Below, piece after piece: positions 7,577 through 16,047 of a stretch of DNA of 24,743 nt (its first letter is position 1; every line of letters begins with the position of its first letter). Made by a program: the position numbers and the translations under genes. The notes under the pieces are model-generated. The model was not told the origin of the DNA. It saw only the letters and a list, made by a program, of their open reading frames with translations, and made no database searches. This stretch comes from Pyrinomonadaceae bacterium (lineage in GTDB: Bacteria; Acidobacteriota; Blastocatellia; Pyrinomonadales; Pyrinomonadaceae). The stretch is taken from positions 1-24,743 of the forward strand of contig JAICPV010000001.1 in the NCBI GenBank assembly GCA_025929655.1, read 5' to 3'.

Positions 7577-9661
7577 TCACCTGGTAGCGGTGGCGTCCTT
7601 CTCTTTAGGATCATACGGGGTGGCCTGGTATTTGCGAACGGCGGCCTGAGCGCCGTCGTAGTCGTCGTTTAGGTCAGCGGCTCGTTTGTACATCGCGATG
7701 GCACGCGTGCGGTCGCCTTTGGCGTCGTAGGCGTTGCCCATTTTGATGTTCGACCAGACCTGTAGCCATTGCGGGTTGATGTTCCCGCTCAAGGCAGCTT
7801 TGAAATTATCGATCGCCAGATCGTAATTTCGCTGCTCAAGGAATAACAGGCCCAGATGGTAGTAGATCCACGAATTCGAACGGTCGAGTTTCAAAGCAGC
7901 TTCGAACTGCGCCTGTGCGTCGGCGAAATTGCCTTCCTTCATCTGCTCGATGCCGCGGCGGGCAACCGACGAGACGCGAAGGTCCGGTGAAATTCGGAGC
8001 AGTTTGTATCCCGGATCGATCACAACATTCAGCGGCTTCCCGTCGGCTTCGATGTTGAAGTCGGCGGTGGCGTCTTCAACGCGAACCGCCTGGATCTTAG
8101 AGCCATTTTCGCCTTCGGACCGCAGCATTATGTCGAGCGGTAACTTCAAATTATCGTAATTCTGCTTCACCGTGCCGCGGGCGATGAACTTCCCGCCGCG
8201 CGTTCGAATTATCTGGTAATCGGCCGTAAACTCCGGCACGCCCGTGCTTTCGACCCAGCGGGCGAAAAAGTAACGCATGTTCTGACCTGCGAGGCGCGTA
8301 GCCAACTTTTCAAAATCGTCGATCGAGGCGTTCTTGCCGCGAAACTCGTTGAGGAAAGTGCGCAGAAGCTGGTTGAATTTCGCTTCACCGAGCGTATCGC
8401 GCAAAAGGCGATATACGGCCGGCCCTTTGCCGAACATGATGTACTGGTACGCTGCCGACTGGTCGTCAAGATTCGCCGGGGCGCGCAGAAGCGACGCGGT
8501 CTGCTCGAAGGTCAGTGCTTTTTCAAGCAGTTCGCGGCGTGCGAAATCCAGCTTCGCGCCGGTCAGCATCGTTTCGCGAAGTGCGAAAGCGCTGTACTCC
8601 GCAAGGCCCTGCGAAAGCCAAACATCGTCGAAAGATTTCAGCCCGACGGTCAACCCCCACCATTGATAAGCAGCTTCGCGCTGCAGCCTTTCGGCGGTCG
8701 CGTCGCGCGGCTGTTCGAACTGCCGGCTCGAGATGAAAAGCATCCCGTTCGAGGAATAGAAATCGAGGCTTTCGTCGTCGATCTGCGCGACCGTGAGGGT
8801 CTTGCCCATCGCCGGTGCCCCAAACGACTTGGTATAAAAATCCAACGCTTTCCCAAGCGTTTCCGCGAACGATTGCACGTTTGCGTCGAAGCCCGGCATT
8901 GTATTGAAGTTGATCGCGTACTCGCCGAATTTCAAATTCCGCGGAACGTACTTGCCGTATGCGAAATTGCCCACGAGCCCCGGTTTCGATTGGACGAACC
9001 GAGATTTACCGCCAGTCGGTGTCACCGGCGAATCGCTGTAGCCCGCGAACTGAAGGCCCGAAGGCAGCGAGATCGTGATATCGGAGGTCGCAAGATCGGC
9101 GGCGTAATTGTGGAACGGAAACCAGCGTGCGGCGTACATCAAATAGCCTTCTTCCGGGCCGATATACGCGAGCCTTTTGCTCAGCAGCGGACCGCCGCTG
9201 GGCGTATTCAGCACGCCAGAATATTTGAAAAGCAATGTCACGGTTGAACCCGCAGGAACCGTATCACCGAGGTCCACGCGAACGCTTGGCCCGAGGTCTG
9301 AAACTCCCACCTGGTCCTGAACGAAGGTCACATCACCGAGTTTCGGTGTTGCGACTGCCGGCGGCGTTGCGGTTTTTCCTTTTGCGGCCGCAGCCGCGAC
9401 GGGCGTCTTATCGGTCCTCGCGATGGAGTCGACCTTCAGCGAACCGTTTAGCTCAAAGGTCACGGAACGCGTTTCTTCCTGTGGCGTAAATGTCACCGCC
9501 GTTGAAGCCGTCAGTTTGTTCTCGATCGGGTTAAGCTGGGCGTCGATCAGGTACGAAGAAACGTCGAACGGCGTCCGTTTCACCTGCTGCGCCGAGCCGG
9601 CCGTGGCTAAAGCGGCCAAGACGATCGCGGCCGCAAAAAAACTGTTCAAAAATCGGTTCAT
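7577..9661 (-). CDS. Secreted M1-aminopeptidase-fold protein with C-terminal TPRs; Zn-binding motif degenerate
   Basis: Signal peptide. REAAYQWWG...WLSQGLAEY aligns to HExxHQWFG...WLNEGFATY. MFGKG aligns to YxKG. C-terminal helical repeats (AQAQFEAALKLD..WIYYHLG, AIDNFKAAL, MGNAYDAKGD) are TPR-like. Confidence 0.85.
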   Translation of the reverse strand: MNRFLNSFFAAAIVLAALATAGSAQQVKRTPFDVSSYLIDAQLNPIENKLTASTAVTFTPQEETRSVTFELNGSLKVDSIARTDKTPVAAAAAKGKTATPPAVATPKLGDVTFVQDQVGVSDLGPSVRVDLGDTVPAGSTVTLLFKYSGVLNTPSGGPLLSKRLAYIGPEEGYLMYAARWFPFHNYAADLATSDITISLPSGLQFAGYSDSPVTPTGGKSRFVQSKPGLVGNFAYGKYVPRNLKFGEYAINFNTMPGFDANVQSFAETLGKALDFYTKSFGAPAMGKTLTVAQIDDESLDFYSSNGMLFISSRQFEQPRDATAERLQREAAYQWWGLTVGLKSFDDVWLSQGLAEYSAFALRETMLTGAKLDFARRELLEKALTFEQTASLLRAPANLDDQSAAYQYIMFGKGPAVYRLLRDTLGEAKFNQLLRTFLNEFRGKNASIDDFEKLATRLAGQNMRYFFARWVESTGVPEFTADYQIIRTRGGKFIARGTVKQNYDNLKLPLDIMLRSEGENGSKIQAVRVEDATADFNIEADGKPLNVVIDPGYKLLRISPDLRVSSVARRGIEQMKEGNFADAQAQFEAALKLDRSNSWIYYHLGLLFLEQRNYDLAIDNFKAALSGNINPQWLQVWSNIKMGNAYDAKGDRTRAIAMYKRAADLNDDYDGAQAAVRKYQATPYDPKEKDATATR

Positions 9662-9825
9662 TATTAAGGATCCCTTTAATATTGCGTGCCTTTCTATGAT
9701 GTTTATGCCTGTTAAATCGTTTGCCGCTCCAAACCTATAAGAACCTGGTCGCGTTATGACAGGGCCTTTTGCTTTTGACCGCCTATCTCTCTATATTAGA
9801 CCGAATCTCGCGGCAACTCTATCTC

Positions 9826-11319
9826 GTGGCGAACGAAGCGAAAAGCAACATTTCCAAAGGAAAGATCTGGCAGGTCATCGGCGCCTCATCCGTCGGTACG
9901 ATGATCGAATGGTACGATTTTTATATATTCGGCAGCCTTGCTCCGGTCATCGCCCCGCTTTTCTATCCTCCCGAAGACCAAACATTCGCCTACATCGCGT
10001 ATCTCGCGACATTTGCGGTCGGATTTGTGGTCCGCCCGTTCGGCGCTCTTTTCTTCGGACGGATCGGCGACATCGTGGGCCGAAAATACGCGTTTCTCGT
10101 TACGCTTCTCATCATGGGCGGAGCGACCGCCCTGATCGGTTTCCTTCCGACCTATGCTCAAATCGGTATTGCGGCACCTATCGCGTTGCTGGTCATACGT
10201 ATTCTTCAGGGCCTCGCGCTTGGGGGTGAATACGGCGGGGCGGCGGTTTATGTCGCCGAGCACGTACCGGACAAGCGGCGCGGGTTTTACACCTCCTTTA
10301 TTCAGATAACGGCCACGTTAGGCCTGTTTCTTTCGCTCGCGGTGATCCTGATCATTCAGAACCTGATGTCGCCGGACCAGTTCGCCGGAAGAGCAGAGGG
10401 TTTGAGCGGCTGGCGGATACCGTTTCTCATCTCGATCGTCCTTGTCGGCATTTCGCTTTACATTCGCCTGCGTATGAAGGAATCGCCGATCTTCGAGCAC
10501 ATAAAATCAGGAGGAATGACGTCGGCAAACCCTCTGGTCGAGGCGTTTACGAAATGGGCGAACTTGAAACGCGTTTTGATCTCTCTGTTCGGCGCGACCG
10601 CCGGGCAAGGCGTCGTATGGTACACCGGCCAGTTTTACGCGCTCTTTTACCTGCAATCGATCCTTAACGTGAATGCAACGTCGGCGAATTACATCGTCGC
10701 GATCGCTTTGCTTTTGGGGATGCCGTTCTTCGTCGTTTTCGGTGCTCTCAGTGACCGCGTGGGGCGTAAATGGATAATTCTCGCAGGCTGTCTGCTCGCG
10801 TTGGTCTCCTATTTGCCGATATACAAAGCGATGCAAGCCGCTGCCGGATCCAACGTGGTCACCGCCACGTCCCAGACGAATTTGTCGACCGGGGCGATCT
10901 CGTTAACGCCGCAATCGGTTGATCGGTACGGTGAATTGGTCGCAGCGCCGAAAGTACTGCCGTATTCGTCGTTCGGCGAGCTGGTATCAGATCGTTCGGC
11001 GCAGTTGCTTATCTTGCTCGTTTTCGTTCAGGTGATCTGGGTCACGATGGTGTACGGCCCGATCGCAGCTTATTTGGTCGAGGCCTTCCCTGCCAGAATT
11101 CGCTACACCGCTCTTTCGCTGCCCTACCACATCGGTAACGGCGTCTTCGGCGGCCTTTTGCCCGTGATAGGCCTATCGGTGGTCGCGTCCACCGGAAATA
11201 TCTACGCCGGGCTTTATTACCCGATGATCGTAGCGGCGATTACATTCATCGTCGGCGCCGTGTTCCTTAAGGAAACCCACGGGCATCGGATCTGGGAGGA
11301 GGTAGCTAACAGAAATTAG
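9826..11319 (+). CDS. MFS transporter, metabolite:H+ symporter (MHS) family
   Basis: GTMIEWYDFYIFG, VRPFGALFFGRIGDIVGRK, GGEYGGA, ESP, SDRVGRK motifs. The start is uncertain: GTG 9826 is preferred over the track's 9769. Confidence 0.88.
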   Translation: MANEAKSNISKGKIWQVIGASSVGTMIEWYDFYIFGSLAPVIAPLFYPPEDQTFAYIAYLATFAVGFVVRPFGALFFGRIGDIVGRKYAFLVTLLIMGGATALIGFLPTYAQIGIAAPIALLVIRILQGLALGGEYGGAAVYVAEHVPDKRRGFYTSFIQITATLGLFLSLAVILIIQNLMSPDQFAGRAEGLSGWRIPFLISIVLVGISLYIRLRMKESPIFEHIKSGGMTSANPLVEAFTKWANLKRVLISLFGATAGQGVVWYTGQFYALFYLQSILNVNATSANYIVAIALLLGMPFFVVFGALSDRVGRKWIILAGCLLALVSYLPIYKAMQAAAGSNVVTATSQTNLSTGAISLTPQSVDRYGELVAAPKVLPYSSFGELVSDRSAQLLILLVFVQVIWVTMVYGPIAAYLVEAFPARIRYTALSLPYHIGNGVFGGLLPVIGLSVVASTGNIYAGLYYPMIVAAITFIVGAVFLKETHGHRIWEEVANRN

Positions 11320-11354
11320 ATCTTTTTTGAGCCTTCCTTTACAACCTCTTCATC

Positions 11355-11572
11355 CTTTGCGTTCTTTGCGTCTTTGCGTGAAACCAATTTCTTGATAACC
11401 ATGACCGAAAATCAAATCGCAACTGTGATTAACGACTTGACCTATCCGATTAACAAACCTAAAGCTCGGATTGTTAGTTAATTTCGAAGTTGATCTTATA
11501 AAGGATGGGATAAAACGAGTTGTGAGTGGGTTGTGAGGAAATGCTTCACGCAAAGTCGCAAAGGCCGCAAAG
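11355..11572. repeat. Inverted-repeat cassette with 3xCTTTGCG arms enclosing a GxxExxY gene remnant
   Basis: Left arm 11355-11382 CTTTGCGTTCTTTGCGTCTTTGCGTGAA. Right arm 11545-11572 TTCACGCAAAGTCGCAAAGGCCGCAAAG. The arms are 25/28 complementary. Confidence 0.9.
11401..11536 (+). pseudogene. Internally deleted, frameshifted GxxExxY (PD-(D/E)xK nuclease-like) gene remnant
   Basis: ATG 11401 gives MTENQIATVI (family-typical N-terminus), then ND-LTY, a frameshift at 11446, and RLTNLKLGLLVNFEVDLIKDGIKRVVSGL* (11447-11536, family-typical C-terminus). The GxxExxY motif itself lies in the missing middle. Family recognised from memory, not by search. Confidence 0.8.
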
Positions 11573-11605
11573 AAAAACTTAAGCCACAGGTATTACATTT
11601 CACAA

Positions 11606-12057
11606 TTACAAATGTGGACTGAGCCTCTGCAGGATCGCCTCTCTCGATTGCACACCCACGATGCGGTCGACCTCGCGGCCGTCTTGTAGGATCAGCAAAG
11701 TAGGAATACTTTGAACCTGGAAACGCGCGGCCGTGCGTGGGTTTGCGTCCACGTCGAGTTTGCCGACGAGCACTTTCCCTGCGAGTTCGGAGGCGAGAAT
11801 TTCGACCGTCGGTGCGATCATCCGACACGGCCCGCACCATGCCGCCCATAGGTCGAGAAGAACAGGCAGTGCGATCTTTCAACAAGGGAATTGAAATTTG
11901 CATCAGTAACAATGACAGGGTCGGACGACGGTGCCGGAAGGGGATTCCTGCATTTTCCGCAAACAGGCCGCTGTTTGAGCGCTGCGTCGAACCTGACGCG
12001 GTTTTTCGCTCCACAGTTCTGGCAAGCAACGATCAAACTTTTTGCCGGCGCGGCCAT
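11606..12057 (-). pseudogene. trxC: Thioredoxin 2 (zinc-finger thioredoxin) split by a 1-nt deletion at about 11871
   Basis: N-terminal CQNC...CGKC zinc finger. Restoring one C in TCG C(C)A CTG gives [24 protein letters not shown], joining track ORFs 11818-12057 and 11606-11821 with an intact WCGPC site. May be a sequencing error. Confidence 0.88.
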
Positions 12058-12069
12058 AGGTTCATTCTT

Positions 12070-13575
12070 TCACGGGGTTTGCGCGTTTTCGTTCACTACC
12101 TGACGAAGCCGTTCATTCAAAAGGTCCCAAACTTTCTTTAAATGCCTTTCCTGGACGCGGATGCTGCCGACGGAAAGGCGGAGTGTGAACTTGCCGTTGA
12201 GTTTTGTGTGGGAAAGATATGCTTCGCCTGATGCGTTGATGGCGTTCATCAACTTATCGTTAAGCTCGTCGATGTCCGGAAGTGAAGACAACCCGGTCGC
12301 TACCGCTCCCGGTTCTGACAGGATCGGGTTCGCCCGGAAACAAACGAGGGAAAACGGCACGGGTGCCATTAGTTCGAAATCTTTTGCGGCTTCAATCCAA
12401 GATGCAAAAATTTGTGCGAGGCGGCAATGTTCTCGTATTCGAGCCTCCAGTCCATCGCGGCCGAAATACCGCATCACGAACCAGAGCTTCAGCGCGCGGA
12501 AACGGCGGCCGAGCTGGATACCGTAATCCATCCCGTTTTTCACGGCGCCTTCGTCGCTTGTTTTTAGATATTCGGGAACGAGCGAAAATGCTTTTTTTAA
12601 TTCATCGAGATCGCGGCAATAAAGCACAGACAAATCGAATGGCGTGAAGAGCCATTTGTGCGGATTTACGACTATAGAGTCCGCACGCTCCCAGCCTTCG
12701 AACAAATCTCTCTTTTCCGGGAGCATAGCAGCCGGCCCGGCGTATGCTGCGTCCACGTGCAGCCAAATGCCATTTTTTTCACAAATATCCGCGACCGCCT
12801 CGACCGGATCTACGCTGGAGCTCGATGTGGTCCCAATGGTCGGGATCACACAAATTGGAACGACTCCATTCTCGATGTCTTCCTCGATCGCGTTGGTGAG
12901 CTTTTCCGGAATCATCTCGAACCGCTCATTGCATTCGATCTTTCGCAAAGAACGCGTGCCGAGGCCGAGGGTTATACATGATTTGTCGATCGACGAATGA
13001 ACGTGTTCGGAGCTGTAAACCCGCAGCAGAGGGAGATCGTTACGGCCGCTCATACCTTTTTCGCGAACTTCCAGGTTTGCTCTTTCGCGCGCCGCGGCGA
13101 TCGCGTGCATGGTCGAAACGGAAGCAGTGTCGTAGATGATCCCCTCAAAGAGCTCGGGAAGTCCGAGCACCTTTCGCAGCCAATCGAGTGTTACGTCTTC
13201 CAACTCGGTCGAGGCGGGCGATGTTCTCCAGAGCATCGCCTTCATATCGAACGCTGCCGCGAACATTTCGCCGAATACGCCGACGGACGACGCAGAAGTG
13301 GAAAACAAGCCGTGAAAATTCGGATGATTCCAATGTGTCACTGCGGGGAGGACAAGTTCATCGAAATCACCTAAAACCTCTTCGAAATCCTCGCCGGATT
13401 CAGGTGCGGACGCCGGTAAAGCCTCTCTCAGCGAACCCGGCTCGATCTGCGACAGCACCGGAAATTGTTCGATTTGGTCAAAATATTCTGCGATGCGGTC
13501 GACGACAGCGTAGCCGTATTTGCGAAACTCGTCCGCCGGCATGTCGCCGAGAGGGTTTTTGCCTTCACTTTTCAT
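12070..13575 (-). CDS. Group II PLP-dependent decarboxylase, aromatic-L-amino-acid decarboxylase-like
   Basis: HWNHP, SPASTELE, HVDAAYAG, PLP-lysine motif NPHKW, loop PEYL, GRRFRALKLW. ATG 13575 has GAGG 6 nt upstream. Confidence 0.88.
   Translation of the reverse strand: MKSEGKNPLGDMPADEFRKYGYAVVDRIAEYFDQIEQFPVLSQIEPGSLREALPASAPESGEDFEEVLGDFDELVLPAVTHWNHPNFHGLFSTSASSVGVFGEMFAAAFDMKAMLWRTSPASTELEDVTLDWLRKVLGLPELFEGIIYDTASVSTMHAIAAARERANLEVREKGMSGRNDLPLLRVYSSEHVHSSIDKSCITLGLGTRSLRKIECNERFEMIPEKLTNAIEEDIENGVVPICVIPTIGTTSSSSVDPVEAVADICEKNGIWLHVDAAYAGPAAMLPEKRDLFEGWERADSIVVNPHKWLFTPFDLSVLYCRDLDELKKAFSLVPEYLKTSDEGAVKNGMDYGIQLGRRFRALKLWFVMRYFGRDGLEARIREHCRLAQIFASWIEAAKDFELMAPVPFSLVCFRANPILSEPGAVATGLSSLPDIDELNDKLMNAINASGEAYLSHTKLNGKFTLRLSVGSIRVQERHLKKVWDLLNERLRQVVNENAQTP
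12289..12330. repeat. REP-like hairpin inserted in-frame in the decarboxylase gene
   Basis: AACCCGGTC (12290-12298) pairs with GATCGGGTT (12322-12330), 9 bp with one G-T, around GCTACCGCTCCCGGTTCTGACAG. The 42 bp encode NPILSEPGAVATGL. Confidence 0.55.
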
Positions 13576-13620
13576 CTGAACCTCAACGCCCGCTTTGTCC
13601 AAATAGTACCCGATAACCGC

Positions 13621-13648
13621 TCGACATGCCCATCGAATCAGGTATAAT
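13621..13648 (+). promoter_or_regulatory. Sigma70-type promoter of the liv operon
   Basis: TCGACA (13621-13626), 16-nt spacer, TATAAT (13643-13648). Confidence 0.7.
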
Positions 13649-13736
13649 GCGTGTTTGCGCGAATCTTAAACCCAATGTCTGTTGCAAACGTAATTTCGTT
13701 TGGTCGATACAAATTCAAAACACTTGCGAGGTAATT

Positions 13737-15038
13737 ATGACTAGATTTCTTTTGGCCATTAGTTTGGTCGTTTCGGTGATGCTGTCGGTCGCATGCGTTC
13801 AAAAAGGCGGCAACGACGTAGCCGGTCCGGCCGGCGACACGATAAAGGTCGGTGTCTACGGCGATCTGACCGGTCCGACATCGAGTTTCGGGCAGTCGAC
13901 CAAGAACGGCATCGAGCTCGCGGTCGAAGAGATCAATAATGCCGGCGGCATCAACGGAAAAAAGGTCACGCTCGTCGTCGAGGACGATCAGGGCCGTCCC
14001 GAGCAAGCCAAGACCGTCATTTCGAAGCTGATCAACCAGGACAAGGTGCAGGCTGTTCTGGGCGAGGTCGCGTCGAGCAATAGCCTTGCTGCCGCACCGG
14101 TCGCTCAGGAAGCGAAGATCCCGATGATCACTCCTTCCTCGACCAACCCGAAGGTGACCGAAGTGGGCGATTACATTTCACGCGTTTGCTTTATCGATCC
14201 TTTCCAGGGTTCAGTCATGGCGAAATTCGCCGCCAATACGCTGAAGGCAAAATCCGCGGCGATCATCGGCGATGTGCAGTCCGACTACAGCAAGGGCCTC
14301 ACACAGTTTTTCCGTCAGGAATTCGAAAAGCTCGGCGGGCGGATCGTTTCGGAGCAAAGCTACGCTCAGACCGATCCCGATTTCAAGGCCCAGTTGACGG
14401 CGATCCGAAACACCAACCCGGACGTGATCTACATCCCCGGCTATTACGGGCAGGTCGGCATCATCGCGCGCCAGGCACGTGAACTCGGCATGAACATGCC
14501 TCTCCTCGGCGGCGACGGCTGGGATTCGCCGGAGCTTTGGAAGCTGGGCGGCGACGCACTGAAAAACTCTTACATTTCAAATCATTATTCGGCCGATAAT
14601 CCGGCGCCGGAAATTCAGAATTTCGTTAAGACCTACCAGGCGAAATTCAATACCGTTCCGGATGCACTCGCTGCCCTCGCTTACGATGCGATGAAAGTTC
14701 TGGCAGACGCGATCAAGCGTGCCGGCGGGGCTAACGACAGCGCAAAGCTCAAGGACGCGATCAATGCGACAAAGAACTTCGCCGGCGTAACAGGCACGAT
14801 AACGCTCGATTCCTCGCGGAACGCGGTGAAGCCGGCGGTCGTGCTTTCGTTGAACCCTTCAGCCTCCAAATTCGAATTCAGGGAAACCATCTATCCGGAA
14901 GGGATGACCCCGCCGACGGCTTCCACGACGGCCGCCAATACCAATTCGACAGCCAACACAAATGCGCCGGCGAATTCGAATATGAATACGGTAAGCAACA
15001 CCAACACGGCCTCTAATTCGGCCAATTCTACAAGGTAA
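13737..15038 (+). CDS. livK: Branched-chain amino acid ABC transporter substrate-binding lipoprotein (LivJ/LivK family)
   Basis: GAGG then ATG 13737. Lipobox-like LSVAC. IKVGVYGDLTG, EDDQGRPE, GEVASSNSLA, GGDGW motifs. Asn/Thr/Ser/Ala-rich C-terminal tail. Confidence 0.88.
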   Translation: MTRFLLAISLVVSVMLSVACVQKGGNDVAGPAGDTIKVGVYGDLTGPTSSFGQSTKNGIELAVEEINNAGGINGKKVTLVVEDDQGRPEQAKTVISKLINQDKVQAVLGEVASSNSLAAAPVAQEAKIPMITPSSTNPKVTEVGDYISRVCFIDPFQGSVMAKFAANTLKAKSAAIIGDVQSDYSKGLTQFFRQEFEKLGGRIVSEQSYAQTDPDFKAQLTAIRNTNPDVIYIPGYYGQVGIIARQARELGMNMPLLGGDGWDSPELWKLGGDALKNSYISNHYSADNPAPEIQNFVKTYQAKFNTVPDALAALAYDAMKVLADAIKRAGGANDSAKLKDAINATKNFAGVTGTITLDSSRNAVKPAVVLSLNPSASKFEFRETIYPEGMTPPTASTTAANTNSTANTNAPANSNMNTVSNTNTASNSANSTR

Positions 15039-15044
15039 GAAGTA

Positions 15045-15087
15045 GGAATTGGGCCCGGGGATCTATGTGATCTCCAGGTCCAATTCC
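15045..15087 (+). other. Stable stem-loop between livK and livH (probable mRNA-stabilising or partial-termination hairpin)
   Basis: 19-bp stem 15045-15063 / 15069-15087 with 2 G-U and 1 mismatch, loop TATGT, and no U-tract. Such hairpins commonly follow binding-protein genes in ABC operons. Confidence 0.65.
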
Positions 15088-15125
15088 CCCGAATAGGCTT
15101 TTCGTTCCGGCGAGCTTCCGCCTCT

Positions 15126-16043
15126 ATGGATACTTTCGTTCAGCAGCTAATTAACGGACTCACCATCGGGTCGATCTATGCGTTGATCGCGCTCGGATAC
15201 ACGATGGTTTACGGTATCCTGCGGCTGATCAACTTCGCCCATGGCGACATATACATGCTGGGCGCGTACGCCGGCTTCATAATCGCCACCTCGATGGGTT
15301 TTGCTGCGAATCCGTCGGCGATCGGCTTCGCTGTCACCCTTGTAGGTTCAATGGCAATAGCGGCCGCGGTTGGCATGGCCATTGAACGATTTGCGTATCG
15401 CCCCGTAAGAAAATATTCGAAGATGACGACGCTGATCACCGCGATCGGTATGTCGCTTTTCATCGAATATCTTTTCGTTTTTATCTTCTCCGGAACTCCG
15501 CGTTCGTTCCCTCAGCTGCTGCCTAACGAGAACATCACGCTCTTCGGTAACGCCACGATCTCTACCTCGCAGATCCTGATCTTTGTCGTGTCGATGCTGC
15601 TGATGTTCCTGCTGCAGTGGATCATTTACAAAACTAAGATCGGCAAGGCGATGCGGGCCGTCTCATTCAATCTGAACTCGGCGAAATTGATGGGCATCAA
15701 CACGAATTTCGTGATCGCCTTCACTTTTGCTCTCGGTTCGGCTTTGGCGGCCGCGGGCGGCGTCCTTACCGCACAATATAATCCGAAGATAGAGCCGCTG
15801 ATGGGCATCATGACGGGGCTGAAGGCTTTTGTTGCGGCGGTTTTGGGGGGGATCGGAAACATCCCGGGAGCAGTGCTCGGTGGACTGCTGATCGGGGCCG
15901 CGGAGACTTTGGTCGTGGGATATGGCGGTTATATCGGCGTGCCATCGACGTTCAGGGACGCGGTCGCGTTTGCGATCCTGATCCTCGTTCTGCTTTTGAG
16001 GCCCGCCGGGCTTTTGGGTTCGAACGTTCAAGAAAAAGTTTGA
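15126..16043 (+). CDS. livH: Branched-chain amino acid ABC permease
   Basis: QQLINGLTIGSIYALIALGYTMVYGILRLINFAHG, KIGKAMRAVS, GLKAFVAAVLGGIG. Confidence 0.93.
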   Translation: MDTFVQQLINGLTIGSIYALIALGYTMVYGILRLINFAHGDIYMLGAYAGFIIATSMGFAANPSAIGFAVTLVGSMAIAAAVGMAIERFAYRPVRKYSKMTTLITAIGMSLFIEYLFVFIFSGTPRSFPQLLPNENITLFGNATISTSQILIFVVSMLLMFLLQWIIYKTKIGKAMRAVSFNLNSAKLMGINTNFVIAFTFALGSALAAAGGVLTAQYNPKIEPLMGIMTGLKAFVAAVLGGIGNIPGAVLGGLLIGAAETLVVGYGGYIGVPSTFRDAVAFAILILVLLLRPAGLLGSNVQEKV

Positions 16044-16047
16044 CGAT

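Noticed and set aside
11860-11880. Programmed ribosomal frameshift in trxC
   Set aside because: There is no slippery heptamer or stimulatory structure at the site. A simple deletion or assembly error is more parsimonious.
11350-12029. Minus-strand ORFs 11350-11553 and 11496-12029 crossing the repeat cassette
   Set aside because: Their LRPLRLCVK-like text is translated repeat. The plus-strand GxxExxY remnant and the frameshifted trxC explain the region.
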